Below, in pieces: positions 36,801 to 51,000 of a stretch of DNA of 64,000 nt (positions are counted from its first letter, which is position 1; each line of letters begins with the position of its first letter). The position numbers and the translations under genes were made by a program. Source of the stretch: Chlorokybus atmophyticus (Eukaryota > Plantae > Mesostigma and Chlorokybus algae); the NCBI GenBank assembly GCA_009103225.1, contig RHPI01003488.1, forward strand, positions 1 through 64,000. Reading direction: 5' to 3'. Below the pieces are notes generated by a model. It ran no database searches. It was not told where the DNA came from and saw only the letters and a list, made by a program, of their open reading frames with translations.

Positions 36801-38040
36801 AGCAAGGCGCGGAATGGTCCTGGGCGCAACGATGCCACCCGCGACACCTGTGCGCCCATACGTGCATGGCCCTGCTGACAGATCCATCACCACAAACCTG
36901 CACCGTAACTGCATGTTGTTGTTGCAGCCCAACCAACTACCTCAATGCCAACGCCCTGAGAGGAGCTATGCACACAAACACTAAGCAAGTTACACACGCA
37001 TGCACACGTGCGCACCATATCCACATCAACAGCCATACCGTTGCGAGCTGAGCCAAGTCGCTGTGGGTGCTGCACCATTGTATCGGTACCTATAAAGATA
37101 GCCAGCCTCCTGTTTGACCATGTCCACAGCACTCATGCTTCCAAGATGGCTGTAAGCCTTCACGTTCACATAAGGCTTGCGAGGGTCCATGCGTGTTTTG
37201 TCAAAGTTTGAGATGAATATTGCAGCGCCTCTGTTTGTGTCTCGGTTCGCCCCAAACAGTTCAGTGTAAATGTTCATGTACTCGGCCTCAATGCGCTCGG
37301 CGTCAATGTCGTACACTTCCCAATCCTCGGAGTCCTGCCACACAAATTGATTCATTACCTGTATGCACAAGTCACCAGAAAGATTTTTAAAGCAAAAATA
37401 GTAACCTTTTGGATGCTGCCAGCAGCACGCAGCAACTCATGCATGTTGCGCTCCATGGATTGAACCTTGTCAGTAGCAACGCCCATGACATTGTAGAACA
37501 TCTGGTACTTTATCTGCAGCTGCTGGCCGGTGTCCAGGCAGCTGGGGCGATGCTCAGGAAAGCTGTTGGCCAGAAGGTTGGCCAGAGCCCGCTGGTCGAC
37601 TTCATAGCGGTATGCGGCGTCTCCCGCCAACCCAACAAGAACCACATTGATCTCGAGCGGTAAAACAACTGGTGTCTGCAACGATGGCATGTTTTTTGGA
37701 TCAATCAAAGGTATAAGTTTCCAAGTTTTGTTGTTATTACGTGGGTTGAGTCACATGTAAAATCACAGGTCACACCCAATTAAGCAAAGCAAAAACGGCC
37801 AAACAATTGTGACTGTGGTTTGCCAGTGCACATGAAAAGCAGCACCTTGTCCTTGTTGTGGAGGAAGGAGTGTGCAGAGGCTTGGGTTTGATACTCAATG
37901 CTTGCAAAGCTGCGATGCTTCTGCTCTGGATTTGTGCGCGGTTTTGCGTGCAATGGCAGAACCAAGAAGCAAGTCCACAGAAGCAATAGTAGACATGACA
38001 CTCGCAGGGTGCCTGGCTGTTGGGAAATGTGTGCCACCAT
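33838..38040 (-). CDS. Conserved uncharacterised secreted/membrane protein (Arabidopsis At5g58100-like), multi-exon
   Basis: Signal peptide; LPLEINVVLVG, YLYRYRYNGAAPTATWLSSQRFVVMDLSAGPCTYG, WLWAMGHHPFGPFTN; C-terminal TM. Family assigned from recall, not a search. Confidence 0.75.
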
Positions 38041-39275
38041 GCCTGGTCTCTATGCTTGCGTTTGACACCCAGGTAGCTTTAGCACGGCCATGCTCCAGCC
38101 TGCTTGCAAGCACCCAGAGCACGCAAGTGAGATTCTCACCACTTTCAACAGCATCTGAAAGCTGCACAACAGTCGGGTGCATGCCACATCACAAACTGTT
38201 GCCTTGCTTCAACCTACGTTCTACAAGAAAATTGTCTAAACTTAGTGCCCTTCCTAGAAGGCATCACAGTGAGAGAGTTCGTCGATTACATATACTAGCG
38301 GTAGACAACATCTGCTCGCAGTAGACTTCATGCCTGATTATTCGCTACACGAACAGCACAAACTTCAGATGGCTGTTAACCTTCCAAGTCCTTGACCGTA
38401 TATGTCACCTCAACGCAAGTTCCCCATGCGCAAACAACACATACTCGTACGCAGGTGCGATGCCTGCAGCTACGCATACAAGAACGCCAAAGCGCACGCA
38501 GACTAGCACAAGCTTGCGGTCGGGCACGCACGTACGCACGCACGCTGTCAGCGTGCCCGACCGCAAGCGCTCGCAGATATAGTTGTGAACTAGACTGCCT
38601 GGCGGTATGGGTTTTGCTAGATGTAACACTTTGAGTGTAAGCGTTGCTACGTTTAACCGCGGTTTGCAAAGTTGTTGATCTAGCGCACGTACTATGTGGC
38701 ACGAGAGCGTGTGTGATGCAACCAGGTGCGCATGCTGAACTTGACAACTGATTACCAGCAATTGCATGTCACATCCCACGAAGACATGCGCGCACCTCCA
38801 TGTGGCAGCAGCCGACCCGCAATTGGCAGCGTTGTTGCGCGTTGTCACCACACTAGAAGCCAGCGGCTGCACCAGCTCACCGGCAATTGCTGTTTGGTTG
38901 TGGTCAGCAGTAGCGTCAACCGCAAGTAACATTACAATCAGCAGTGACCACGACAACAACAGTGGCGCCGCCTGCGCCTTTCCATTAGCCGCTGCCCACA
39001 ACAACACACACACAGGTACACTGGCGCTTGTGACTAAACTTGCGCTAGACTTGCGCTCAGTTTGCAATGCCCTTCCGTTGATTGTGAGTGAGAGCCGCGG
39101 TGCGCGAGCCAGTGCTACCCACATGCACATGGCTGACGTGAGCATTAACGTCGGCGGTATTGGTGGCGGTGTGGTTGGCGGCATGGGCGGGTGCTGAGAG
39201 AGAGGGAACGGCTTGTGGTGAAGCTTGGATGCTACTGTGTGTGTGCCAGCTGGCTTGTATGCTTTGTGCGTTGGG

Positions 39276-41359
39276 ATGATGAGGCGCTCAGCGGCGGGGC
39301 TGCTGCGGCGATTGGGGCAGCAGCTGTCGCCTGCTACCAGCTTGCTGCGGGCTGAAGCTGCTGCTGGTGCTCCTGCCTTCAGGCATGCCGACGGCGGTGA
39401 CATCGCTAGCTTGTCCGTCCATGCGCAAGCAGCTGCAAGGCATTACGCTACTGCTACTGCTGTACCTGCTGCTGTTCGGGAGGCTTTGCTGGAGGAGGCA
39501 GCCGCCAACTCTGAGCCGCAGGAGTTTCCCCGCAGCGTGGAGTCACTTGGGCGAGACTGGTTGGGCAATGTGCTCAAGGCTGCCGGCCATCTTCACCCCA
39601 ATACGGATATCAAGTAAGCAAGCTGCTGGTCGACCATGCAGCCAAGCAAAGCAGCACATCACATCTTAGGCCTGGTGATGGCCCCCATGCAATCTAATCG
39701 GCATTGCAACCACTGGAGTCCAAGTGTGCATGTCATGACTTCATGTTCAGAACACCTTTTGTGACAAGCGCTTTGATAATGCAATGCGACAAGGAGACTG
39801 CATGGAAGCATGCACTGCACAAGTTGTGTGTTGAGGACCCGCCACCCTCCCTTCGCGCTGGACGCTTCATGCCCAGCTCAAGCATGTTATGCGTTGCACT
39901 GCATGCAGTTGACAAGCGCTCACACCGTTCACAAGCACCTTAAGCTCACAGTGCTATCTTGCCAATCTCGCAACTCGAGTCACAGCAAGCTGCCCTTATT
40001 GTTGTGTCTCACTGTCATCAGGCAGCTGAAACACCGTGTGGTTGACTGACATACTGACTGCCCAGATTGGCAGGTTAATAAAGCCCGTACCGATTGGGGG
40101 CGGCATTGGGCTCGTCAGCCAACTGTACAGATTGCACATCAAGTACTTTGAAAAGGCGCCGGGTGCACCAGTGTCTGTGATTGCCAAGTTCAGCTCTTCC
40201 GAACCGGACGTGCTGGATTTTGCAACCAAGAACCACAGCTACGAGCGAGAGGTCAACTTCCACAAGCTGATGGCAACAGGTCCGTGCTCAGCCTAACACT
40301 ACTGAGGGGTGTGGCATAACCACTATTTGTATTGGTGCCTTTGCTCCAAGTGTTGGTGTTTGATACTGCTGCCATATCGCCTCTTGTAAGCAGATGAGTA
40401 CCCGCTGCGAGTGCCAAGAGTCTACTTTGCTGGCTATCATGCACGCGCTCGGCAGTGCTTGGTGGTCATGCAGGTCCGTTCATAGTCGTACATCATGACT
40501 GGAGGTTGCGTTGATTTCATCAAGCTTGGTACACCTTGTCTTGTGCAGGACCTTGGTAAGGCTGAGGCACTGGATCAATTGCTCGGCCCTAGCATTGAAG
40601 ATGTGAATTGCATCATAGATGACGCAGCCAGCCTCCATGCCAAATTCTGGAACCATCCTAATTTAAGTCAGTGGGAGTGGCTTCCAAAGGTTGATGAACA
40701 GCTGTTTAAGGAGTTCGATTCAAAGGTTTGTTGGCAGTGCTCGCATTATGTCGGTTTTGCACACGCTCTGAGTATACATCTCATGTACGCAGGAATTTGG
40801 AAAATCGTGGCCGCTTTGCTTGGAAAGGTTTGATGATTTGATACCAGGTAGAGTCAGGAAAAAGCTGGGCAACCTGCCTGCGCACACAGGCAAGCTGCTA
40901 GACGCGCTTGGCGGTGCCAACAAGACGCTTCTGCACGGCGATCTGCGCCTAGACAACATTTATAGAGTGCGAAAATCAGGTAAACCTGCCAAGGCCGATG
41001 ACTATATTTACATCGACTTCGGGGACTGCGCCGCTGGCAGAGGCACCATGGACATAGCGTATTTTCTCAGTCAAAGCGTGGACTCGGAGATGCGGAGGTT
41101 ACACGAGGGCGCCTGGATCACCCGCTACCACCAAGCATTGATTTCAGCTTCGGTCGACGAATCCTACACCTTTGCAAGGTGTTTTGAGGACTATCGCAAA
41201 GCGGTCCTGTACTACTTCTGCCTGGCGGTCAACACCGGAGGGTTGTCTGCAGCTGGCATGGAGAATAGAACTCACTTGCTGGCAAGGGCTATGATCCAGC
41301 GCTCTGTTGCAGCCATTCTGGACCTGGATGTCCTCGAGTTACTAAATAAACGAACATGA
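39276..41359 (+). CDS. Aminoglycoside-phosphotransferase/ecdysteroid-kinase-like (EcKL) protein with putative mitochondrial transit peptide
   Basis: Arg/Ala/Leu-rich N-terminus; GIGLVSQLYR, VIAKF, YEREVNF, LLHGDLRLDNIY, IDFGDC and DIAYFL small-molecule kinase motifs. Confidence 0.85.
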
Positions 41360-42119
41360 TAGGTGCGCCCCTTGCTTGCAATGAATTTCTACGGTCACTG
41401 TCTTGCCTGCGTGCGAGTACGTGTGTACACCTGCGTGTTGCCCGCCGTAACTGCCTCGCGTACTGTGACGCTGCTAAGCATGTTGCTGACTGCTGGTGTG
41501 TTACCAATATGCAGTTCTGATTGCACTTCACAAGCACTCACAGGCAGTGATGCAGGGTGGTCTATTGTGCGCATATTCCGTTCAGCATGACTGGAGGTGA
41601 TCAATTGCGCTAGTCAGATTGGTACATGTGGCTTGTAACCAGGATGTCGCAGGTGTGACAAGCATCAGGCTGCATACGACACTGCAACACTGGATGTTAT
41701 TAGACTAATGAGTATTTACACAGAGGCTTGCCTGATGAGTAGTTCTGTACCCCAACCACCCAGAAACAGACATCATGTGCTGTCAGTGGTTTCACCTGGC
41801 CACCACGGCTAATGTCTATCATATACATTGGCAATGTGTGGTCACACACGAAAAACTACAGGCATGTGCCTAAAGCTTATGCAACCAGACTGTGCATGTT
41901 CATTGACTTGGGTAACACACGTATAGTCAAACAGCAATTCGCACAAATGGAACATCTCAGCTCAGTACACTGCAAGAGATAAAGTGACGCCAAACGGCAA
42001 GTTTACGTCTGACCTAGAAGCAAATGTCTTGTACAACCTGCTGTTTCTCTTACAAGTATGACAAGCTACGAGCTACAACTAGCCAAGAAAGCGCGGCCGG
42101 AAGGGCAAGTGCCCAATAT

Positions 42120-42784
42120 CTACTTGTGCAGAGATTGCTGCGCAGAGGCTTGCGATGCCTTGGCTTGGCGCAGCGGGTCATTGATGCTGTCCAAAACCTG
42201 CGCAAAAACAACACTAAGCTGGGTGACGAGTTTAAGAGATGTAACACTGCAGCAGCTGCACAGCACATGCATGCAAGTCGCAGTCCCAGCGTGCACACTG
42301 TATACACCAATGTCTACTACATGGTGGTAAGGAAAAACTGTTCAAGCAGTACTGTCGGCTTGAACCCTTGCATGTATGACAGTCAGCTGTGCGATTGAAC
42401 CAGTAACGCTCAGAAAACCAACAAAGCTGCAACAGAATAGTGCAATCATGGACGCCCTTATGAGCTGGAATCAACATGAAAAGAGAGCACACAGAGCAGG
42501 CTTACTTGCGGTCCAGAGTTCTGCTCCTCCACCTTCTGCTTCTCAAAGTCAGTCTGCTCTGAGCCCTTGGAAGGCGGCGCAAAGTGCCCCTACGCAAGAA
42601 GGACACAGCAAGGTTCAAGTATGCACACACACAGACCATGTCACTTGCATGCATGCACCGGCAAAGCCTCCTTCTCCACCTGCGTCAAGCCTGACATCTT
42701 CTCCTTGAGTATCGAGCCGGCCGAGGGTTGGGTGTCATCCCTCTCGGCGTCCCCCATCACCTCCCGAATGGTGCTGATCTCCAT
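42120..42784 (-). CDS. Small spliced hypothetical protein
   Basis: GC-rich exon-like blocks MEISTIREVMGDAERDD..., GHFAPPSKGSEQTDFEKQK... and VLDSINDPLRQAKASQ...* with GT-AG boundaries; no family recognised. Confidence 0.35.
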
Positions 42785-43201
42785 GCTGTACGTGTGTACG
42801 TGGGTGTGTGCGTGTGGGTGTACGCTGTCCTTCTCAGTATTACTAAAGCCACCAACCAAACACCCTCACCCAACGTTGCAAGTGTAAGTGGCAACACAAA
42901 TGATTGCTTGCGATTTGAACACAACTTGATATTCCACATCCTTCCCACGCAGTATGTCCATGCCTTGCCTGCCCCCACGTCAGCGGCATAGCCAGCTGGC
43001 ACCAGAGGATCTGATGCAGGGCACAGCAGATGGCTGGCTGCTGCGGTAACTTTTCTCTCTGCATCATGAATCTTGACATGCCACTCACAGTGACTCACTG
43101 TTTCAACGCCAAGCTTGACACTTCTTCATGTTGTTGTGCGCACCCGCTGTTATGCAAATATACAGTTATATTTTTGTAGTCTTCACTTGCTTGCATCGAG
43201 T

Positions 43202-43289
43202 CCGACGATAGCTCAGTTGGTAGAGCGGAGGACTGTAGTTGTGACAAGCAGACATCCTTAGGTCGCTGGTTCGAATCCGGCTCGTCGGA
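43202..43289 (+). tRNA. trnY-GUA: tRNA-Tyr(GTA) with 15-nt intron (43239-43253)
   Basis: CCGACGATAGCTCAGTTGGTAGAGCGGAGGACTGTAG [intron] ATCCTTAGGTCGCTGGTTCGAATCCGGCTCGTCGGA; stems pair and the intron is at the canonical position after nucleotide 37. Confidence 0.97.
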
Positions 43290-43614
43290 TGGTTCATCCG
43301 GGATGACTTTTGCACTTTTTTCGTGCGTCTTGCGCGTAGCAATCTCATTTGCTACGTGGGCGGCGACGTCGCTGTCGGCAACCGTGACGGTGTTGTTGCG
43401 TTAGCAACAAGCCTGCGCTATTCTTGATCAGTGCTGAAGCGAGTGTTGGTGATGGCAATCTGCGCGCTGGGGTGGTGTTACAGCACCCGTCACCACCACC
43501 AAGGCATGCTTTCTGCTAGTCTGTAACGCCACCCTCACAGCAGCCCCCCCTCCTCCTCCTCCTCCTCCTCCTCCTCCTCATTGTCGTAGTCTGCTGGCAC
43601 CAACACTTGTAACC

Positions 43615-45896
43615 ATGGAGGTCAACGTGTTCCGCTTATGCACGGGTCTCCGCGTCCTAGGCTGGCTCATGGCCGCCTTCGTCCTGGGCATAGTGGGCAT
43701 GACTTGGTGGGCCATGACCGCCGTCGCCTTCGGCCCGCTCCTTGTCGCTGCAGACTCCAACGGGGGCATCAGGCTGCTGGCGGCAATAATACTGCTGCTC
43801 TTCCATGCGCTGGTATGTGTAATTTGATGATGGATTGCTTGCTGCGTTAATGTTGAGATTGACAGGCATCGAGGTTGAACTTTGTGTGTTTGTGTTAACG
43901 TAATTTCCCATTGCTGGAGCAGCTGAGGGTTGTTCTCTTTCAGCTGAGTGTCTTGTTTAAGACGCGCTGTGTATGGTCAAGCCTGTCACTCAGTATAGGT
44001 TGCTTTGCATTCTCGACCTTGTGCACCAGTCACGCAAATTGGCCAGTCCTGTAGCGAGAAGTGAAACGCACTTTTTGTGTTGCGTGTGCAGTACGCTCAG
44101 ATTCTCACACAACACAAGGCTCTTTGAACTTTACTCACTCTCTGTGTTATACAAGTGTACTTTATACTTGCAAGTCACATGGTACAAGTTCAAGCAAAGA
44201 CGGAGAGAAGTACAATCGCTTAAACTAGAGCAAGCAGTATTCAGTCTCATTGCCCAAACCGTACAAGCAATGAGAGCAACATGCACTTCCCTCTCATGGC
44301 AAGCCGTGGCAGACACGCATGAACTGTTCAGCAGTAATTTGTGATGATGATGACAATCAAGCACTACAGAATGCTGTTGTTCAAATTGTCTTTGAAGTTG
44401 CAATCCCATGTTGCAAGTCTTGATGTGGCTATATCACTTGCATGCACCGCTTACAGTACATGTTGCCTAACTGCTGCTGCACCGCAGCTCTTCATGTTGC
44501 TGTGGTGCTACTTTGCCACGCTCACGACTGACGCCGGTTCGGTGCCGCCCGGCTGGCGTCCAGACTATCTCGATGTGGATGTGGAAGAAGCCGACAACAG
44601 ACCGCTGATAGGTGAGCAGATGAGAGTGAGCTTGAGTGTGGGGACAAAGAAAAACGGAACTGTGTCTAGTAGTAGTGTATGCATATGTGTGTAGGGGTGG
44701 GTATGTGAGTGTGCGAGCGACTTGCGTGCGAGTGTGAGTGTGTATGATATTGACATTGTGAGTGTGCTTGTGGTGGTGGTTGTGCAGGGCACAATCGGGT
44801 GCGGCCACGTTACTGCCGCAAGTGCTGCCAGTGGAAGCCGGAGCGCACTCACCACTGCTCTGTCTGTAAGTTGCATGCATGCTGGTGTGGTATAAAGCAT
44901 GATGCATGCTTTTGCGCGTGAGTAGTCAACGTGCTGTCACGTAGGCGGGCGTTGCGTGTTGAAGATGGACCACCACTGCGTGTGGGTGGTGAACTGCGTT
45001 GGCGCGCGCAACTACAAAGCGTTCCTTCTATTTCTTGTAAGTTGTGTTCATACTCTCTATCCCTCCGTGCTGTCGCCCTTACCACCAACAATACACATGT
45101 ACGTGTCTAAAACACAGAATTATTATGTGTACAGGTGTACACGTGTCTGGATACAACACTCGTGTCCATCTCACTCCTCCCGTACACGATCGAGTTTTTC
45201 AAGGGTGAAGTCGACGACGAGGGAGACGACTCTGAGCATTGGGGCATTGCGAGCGTGTTCATGGCGTTTGGTAAGAAAACATTCCTTGTTGACGTGGCAC
45301 GTGAAGCCATGACAATGCCGATGATTTATCTTGTATTGTCTGAACCTTTGCAGTGTTGAACTTGGCTTTTGCGTTGAGCGTGGCGGGATTTTTGGCGATG
45401 CACTTCTCACTCGTAATAAGAAACACAACCACCATAGAGGTTCGTGACACTGACCCTCCGCATGTGTGTTTGTGACCCCAAATAATGTAGACCAGAAAGA
45501 ATGCGCGTGCATGCGTATGCGTGCACATGTATATGTCTTTGTGCATATGCATGCGTGTGCGTGCGCGGGCGCGCATGTGTGTGTGCATTGCTTGAGGCTG
45601 TTCATATCATCAGGCTTGTGAAAAGAGAGGTCCGGGCCGTTGGAAGTATGATCTCGGGCGGCAAAAGAATTTCGAGCAGGTACCACACCCGCCGCTTTGT
45701 GTTAGCTGCATTGGAATTGACGTAGTGGTGTGTTGACTACGTCACGTGTTGTGTCCATCAGGTGTTTGGCACGGAGAGGTGGCACTGGTTTCTACCGAAG
45801 TACACGCAGGAGGACCTGACAGCCATTCCAGCCTTGTCGGGGCTCAGCTACCCCTCCAGAGAAGACATGGACCCGGACGCCAACAACAACACGTAG
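43615..45896 (+). CDS. DHHC-type protein S-acyltransferase (PAT), multi-exon
   Basis: N-terminal TMs, [28 protein letters not shown] and [26 protein letters not shown]. Confidence 0.94.
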
Positions 45897-48094
45897 CATG
45901 CATTGGGAGTGTTTAGTATTGTGTTTACGTGTACGTGTGTACTGGGTGCTGTATCATATGTACGTGTTGGTAGCTATCAAGGAGACTACGGCAAAGGTTA
46001 GTGTAGGGTTTGGTTTCTGCAGCAGCAGCTTGTGTGGCTGCAGAGTGGCAGTGCAATACTGGGAAATCTCGCTTCATTGTTGTGTCCGTCCTGTATGCCA
46101 ATTTGCAAGCAAGAGTTGCGCGCTCTCATCGTGGCTTTCCCAATCTATCTATACGTGTTGGCCTGTGAGCGCTGCAGCGTGCGCAAGCGCTGGCAGAGCT
46201 GGAGCGCGGTGCTGTGGCGGTGGCGGAGGCGGTGGCGGCTATGCCGGGGTGGACGCCACTATTACCAGGACCTCCCATGGTTGAGGCGGACGCGGAGCAG
46301 GCGATGGCAGGCGTGGATATGGCGGTGTGGAGATGTAGATGTACATTATATAGGATGCAGAGATTGTGGCATGTATCACAATGTGTGGTGATGTGGATGT
46401 GTGGGTGCAGGGAGGCGTGAATGATTGTCGGTGGCACATGAGTGTACAGGATATGCTGCCAGTAGTTGTAGACATGCATGACATCACTCACAGCGTGCCA
46501 AACAGCATGCAAGCACAGTGTGCTGTGCATGCGCGTGATGCAGCTTGCCTCTTTTGTACATTGTAGCACAACCACTGGGCTATACACACTGTTTATTTTA
46601 ACCTCACTACACTACACTAGTCTAGACCTCCCCGTAAGACATGCGAATTAGTAGTGTTACCTGCCCACACGGGCTATGTGTGACGGTGTGTGTGCATAGG
46701 CATGGACTGTGGACAGACTGTGGACAGGGCAAGCAATGTGACCAATAGCAACAAGAAACACCAACTGCGACACGCACAACCAGCAAGCTAGGTAGCTAGC
46801 GGCGGCAGCGAACAGGCCAAGTTAGCGTTAGCACAAGGCACAGCAGGCAGCACGTACGATAGCAGTAGCGCGCTGGGCCCTCAGCAGCGCGTGAAGCATA
46901 GCAAGGCAGCAAGCAGCCTCCGCTCCTCACCTACACAGGAGCGCACAGTGAGCCAGAAGCCGTGCATGCGGCGGTGTATGAGCGTGCGCGGCTGACATGC
47001 GAGGGAGTGTTTGCGTGCGGGATGGTAGGGGCGGTGTGTCAGTGTGGTGATGGTCAGCGTGCAGACTAGCGTGCTAGTGTGGTTGACATATCATGTACAT
47101 GTTCACGAAATGCGGAGTGGAATTGTACATAGCGGCGAGGGTGTAGGCGAGAGATGGGGAGGGAGGGGGAGTCCACGTCCTCTGGTTGCTGTGGGTCGCT
47201 GCTGCTGCTGCTGGAAGGCCGTTAACCAAGGCGCATGTGCAGGACTTCACTTGCCATGCATGCATGCATGGCTAAAAGGGGGGCAGTAGTGGTAGAATTA
47301 GGGGTAGTCAGCATACAGGCTTGTCCCGGTGGTCGATGTGGTGAGTGTTGCATTGCATGTGAATGTAGGTTTGCATGTACGAATTCCCTCTTGCATCTTT
47401 TGTATACAGTGTACATGTAGTAGTGGTTGCCTACTGTTGGCATGGCTCTTTAGCTTGTCTGCTTCGATGACGAATATGACTGCGCGTATGGCTTGCACAA
47501 GTCTTTGTCGCACTCAGCAACAAGCAGCTACTTATCACTCTCACTCTAGCGGTCGTGCATGCTGGCGGGCAGCCCGGACGCTTCCAACACCAATAGGTGT
47601 TGGAAGCGTCCGCGGTGCTGGCGGATTAAACTGCTACCCTATCCTGCCCTTACCTGCTGCTCCCCTGTTCTGTTCTTAGCTGTGTACAGTCCTAATGCAC
47701 TTGGCTCTAGCCTGGAGGGCCCTCTCACCGCTTGTTTTCATACCTGTGCTTGTTGCTGTGCTGTTTTTTTGTTGTTGATCAAGCAAGCTTAACCTTTCAT
47801 GTGCTGGTGATGTGTCCTTGCCGTGCCACAGCCACTAGTTGTATCCTTGTGCATGACGTATGCACAAGTGTTCACATGCTCAGCCGTTCTCCTCTGTCGT
47901 CACCAATGTGGCAAGCTGTGCTATGCGTGCACGTGGCAAGTTGTGCATTGCTGCCTTGTGTGATCAGCGCTGGTGGTTCAGTCCACGATCACCACCTCAA
48001 GCCTCTTGCTTTTCAAGTCACGGTCACCCCAATCACAACGGCAGTGCTAACAAAACTAGTACGCTGTTTGTGGCATAGCGTTGGTCTTGGAGGC

Positions 48095-51000
48095 ATGGCG
48101 GCGGTGAAGGCGCTGGCGGCGCTGCTGCCCTCGCCGCTGGCGGCGGCGCTGAGAGACGCCTGCTCCTCCTCCTTCTCCTCCTCGCAGTCGTCGTCCGCCG
48201 CCTCACGGCTCGAGGAGCTCGCCGCCGCCGTGGAGGCCGCCCTGCACGGCCACCACCACTTCAAGCAGGTGATTGCCACCACTCGCAAGCGTACAACCCA
48301 CACAACACCTGTCAAGCATGAGGCAGTTAAACATCATCATCATCATCATCATCATCAACATGGCCAATAGGTTGTTGGAGAGCTCGTCAATGACGTTGAC
48401 GGGCCGTGCGCCAAGCGCAAGGAGGAGGCGGAGCGGCTGCACCAGGCTGGGAACGGTGCGTTCAGGGGGGGCGGGTATGAGTCCGCTGCGGCGCTGTACT
48501 CGCAGGTGATTACATGTGCACGTGCGCAATATCACATACAGGCACGCACCAGCTTGCACACGCGAGCATGCACACGTACACACGCCGGTGCACATACGCA
48601 TGCAAACGCATGCACAGACGCTTATGCGCGTGTGTACACAAGCTCTCACACACTCGCACACACACGCGCACTCATTTGCACACAGACACGCTCGCATACA
48701 CAGACACGCCTGCATATGCGCAGCGCTGCATTCACAGATGTGTGCGTGTGTACATACATGCAAAAAACATGCATATGCACACACACGCGCGCGCGCACGC
48801 ACGCACGCACGCGCATGCACATACATGTATACACTCAGGCACGCACTCGCATGCGCAAGTGCATACTAAGCATGCAAGCAGTTTGCATGTCAGCTGCCAT
48901 TACTTGCTGGTTGTCACATTGGTACTTGCCACCAGCTGCAGGCATGCGAGTACTGCACTTCTTGCAGAGTGTGTTGTACCATTCTTGCGTCAATATGTCA
49001 ACATGCGTGGGGATAGTGATGTTGAGAGGGGCTGGGTACTCAAGCATGATACAAGTAATTCACAGCGTGATTGGTTTTGTTGATCAACTCAACAGGCACT
49101 TCAGCACACGCGCCCATCCGACCGCCTGCAAGCGGTGCTTTACGGCAACCGTGCAGCATGTTTGAAGGTAGTTGGGCGTGTACAGACTGTACATTGTTTT
49201 GGTCAACGCCGCGTTGATTAACTGTTTTAACAGTATTGTGTGTTCCTTGTTCATCATCATCAGCACATGAGTCTGCTCAGGGAAGCTGAGCGGGACTGCA
49301 CGCGCGCGATGGCAGCAGATTCCAGGTACGCAAAGGTACTGTCTTTTACATGCATTGACGAGATGTGTTGAGGTCATGGTCGATGTGGTTTCAATCAGAT
49401 CCAACATGTCGATCGAACAGTGAACAACAACAACAACAACAGGTGTATCTTCGGCGCGGGCTGATCCGCGCCGCTCTGTGCGATTATGAAAACGCTCTTC
49501 GGGATGTGCAGCAAGCCACTGTGCTCGAAGGCAAAACTGGTGTGTAGAGTTAATGCATTGTGCTGAGCTTGATTTCAGCTTTGCCATACATACCATACAG
49601 CATGCTTGCTCGGTATGCACCCTCATGCATGCCTTTGGGCATACATATGTGTGCGCGCGTGCGTGCGTACGCATGTTTGGTGCGAATTTATGTGTGTGTG
49701 GGTTAGGAATAATGTGCGTGCGTGCGTGCATGCGCGCGTGTGCGTGTTTGTGCGTGCGTGTGCCTACCTGTGTGCGCTATATACTTCCGTCTTCAACTCG
49801 CATCAACCCCACCGCAGATGACGCGGAGTACCAAGCCCAGCTGCATCGAATACAAGCCGCGATGCAGCTGGCCGAGCGTTCAAAGCAAAGCGATGCAACA
49901 TGCACCAGCAGCAGTGAAACTATCGATCGTCATCACCCTGCTGTGGACAACGTCACCAGCGTCCACGACTACCCTGGCATGGGCCGCGGCCTGCGAGTGG
50001 ATGAGGTTGTTGAGGCGGGAAGGGTTGTGATGGAGGAGTACCCCTTTGGGGCGGTAAGTGAGGTGGTGTAGGTGGACGGCTGTTGTGCACAGTGCGTGTG
50101 TTTGCATACGTGCGCGTGTGCGTGCGTGTGCTCGTGTACCGTGTGATCATGCACTACTCGTATGTATCGCAGGTATAATGGCAAGCCTGAAACAAACCCC
50201 CCCGTGCAGGTCCTGTTGAAGCCTTGGCGCACGTCCCGCTGCCACCACTGCTTCTCCCCCCTCCCCCCTTCCTCCCCCCTCCCCTGCGACGGCTGCGCGA
50301 CGGCCCTCTTCTGCCGCGAGCGATGCCGCGACGCCGCCACATCGTCATCACACGAGGGAGGCGATGGACGGGGCGGGGAGCATGTGATGGAGTGTGGAGG
50401 GGGGAACTGGGGGGGGGTGATGCCGGTGGAGGTGGTACTCGCGTGCCGCGTAGTAGCGAAGCAGGTGAGTAGGAAGAGGCGCGCGCGCACATGTGCACGT
50501 AGTACGCATGTGTACGCGTGCACGTGTGCACACACATAAGCGCCTGTGCGCATAAACACGTACAGAGAGAGGCATGCAAAGAGACGCACGCATGCATGCA
50601 CGCAGACACACGCATATACACGCACATGTACACATACGCAAATACACACGTACACGTACACATATACGCTTGTTCCCAAGCAGGTGACTCTACTGGACAA
50701 TCGCGACATTGATTTGTGCTGGGATATTGCTAGTCTGCATGAAGATGAAGTGGTGGACAGTTTCGTGCTTGCTTGCGTGGCAACAGCGTGTGTCAACCAC
50801 TCCCTCCAACACCGACACAACAACAGCAACAGCCCAACATCTTCCCTTCACGTCTCAAGCGTATTCCAGACGCTCTGCATGCTGCGTGCCAACGCAATCG
50901 CCATCACGACACTGCTCGAGTCAAACGACAGCAACCACGCAATGTTGGGTTTCAGGCAGGAGCGCATCGCGCAGGCGCTGTATATACACGCGAGCATGGT

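Noticed and set aside
48203-50829. Long Cys/His/Val/Ala-rich ORFs such as 48203-48826, 48506-49165 and 49969-50829
   Set aside because: Artefacts of intronic RY microsatellites.
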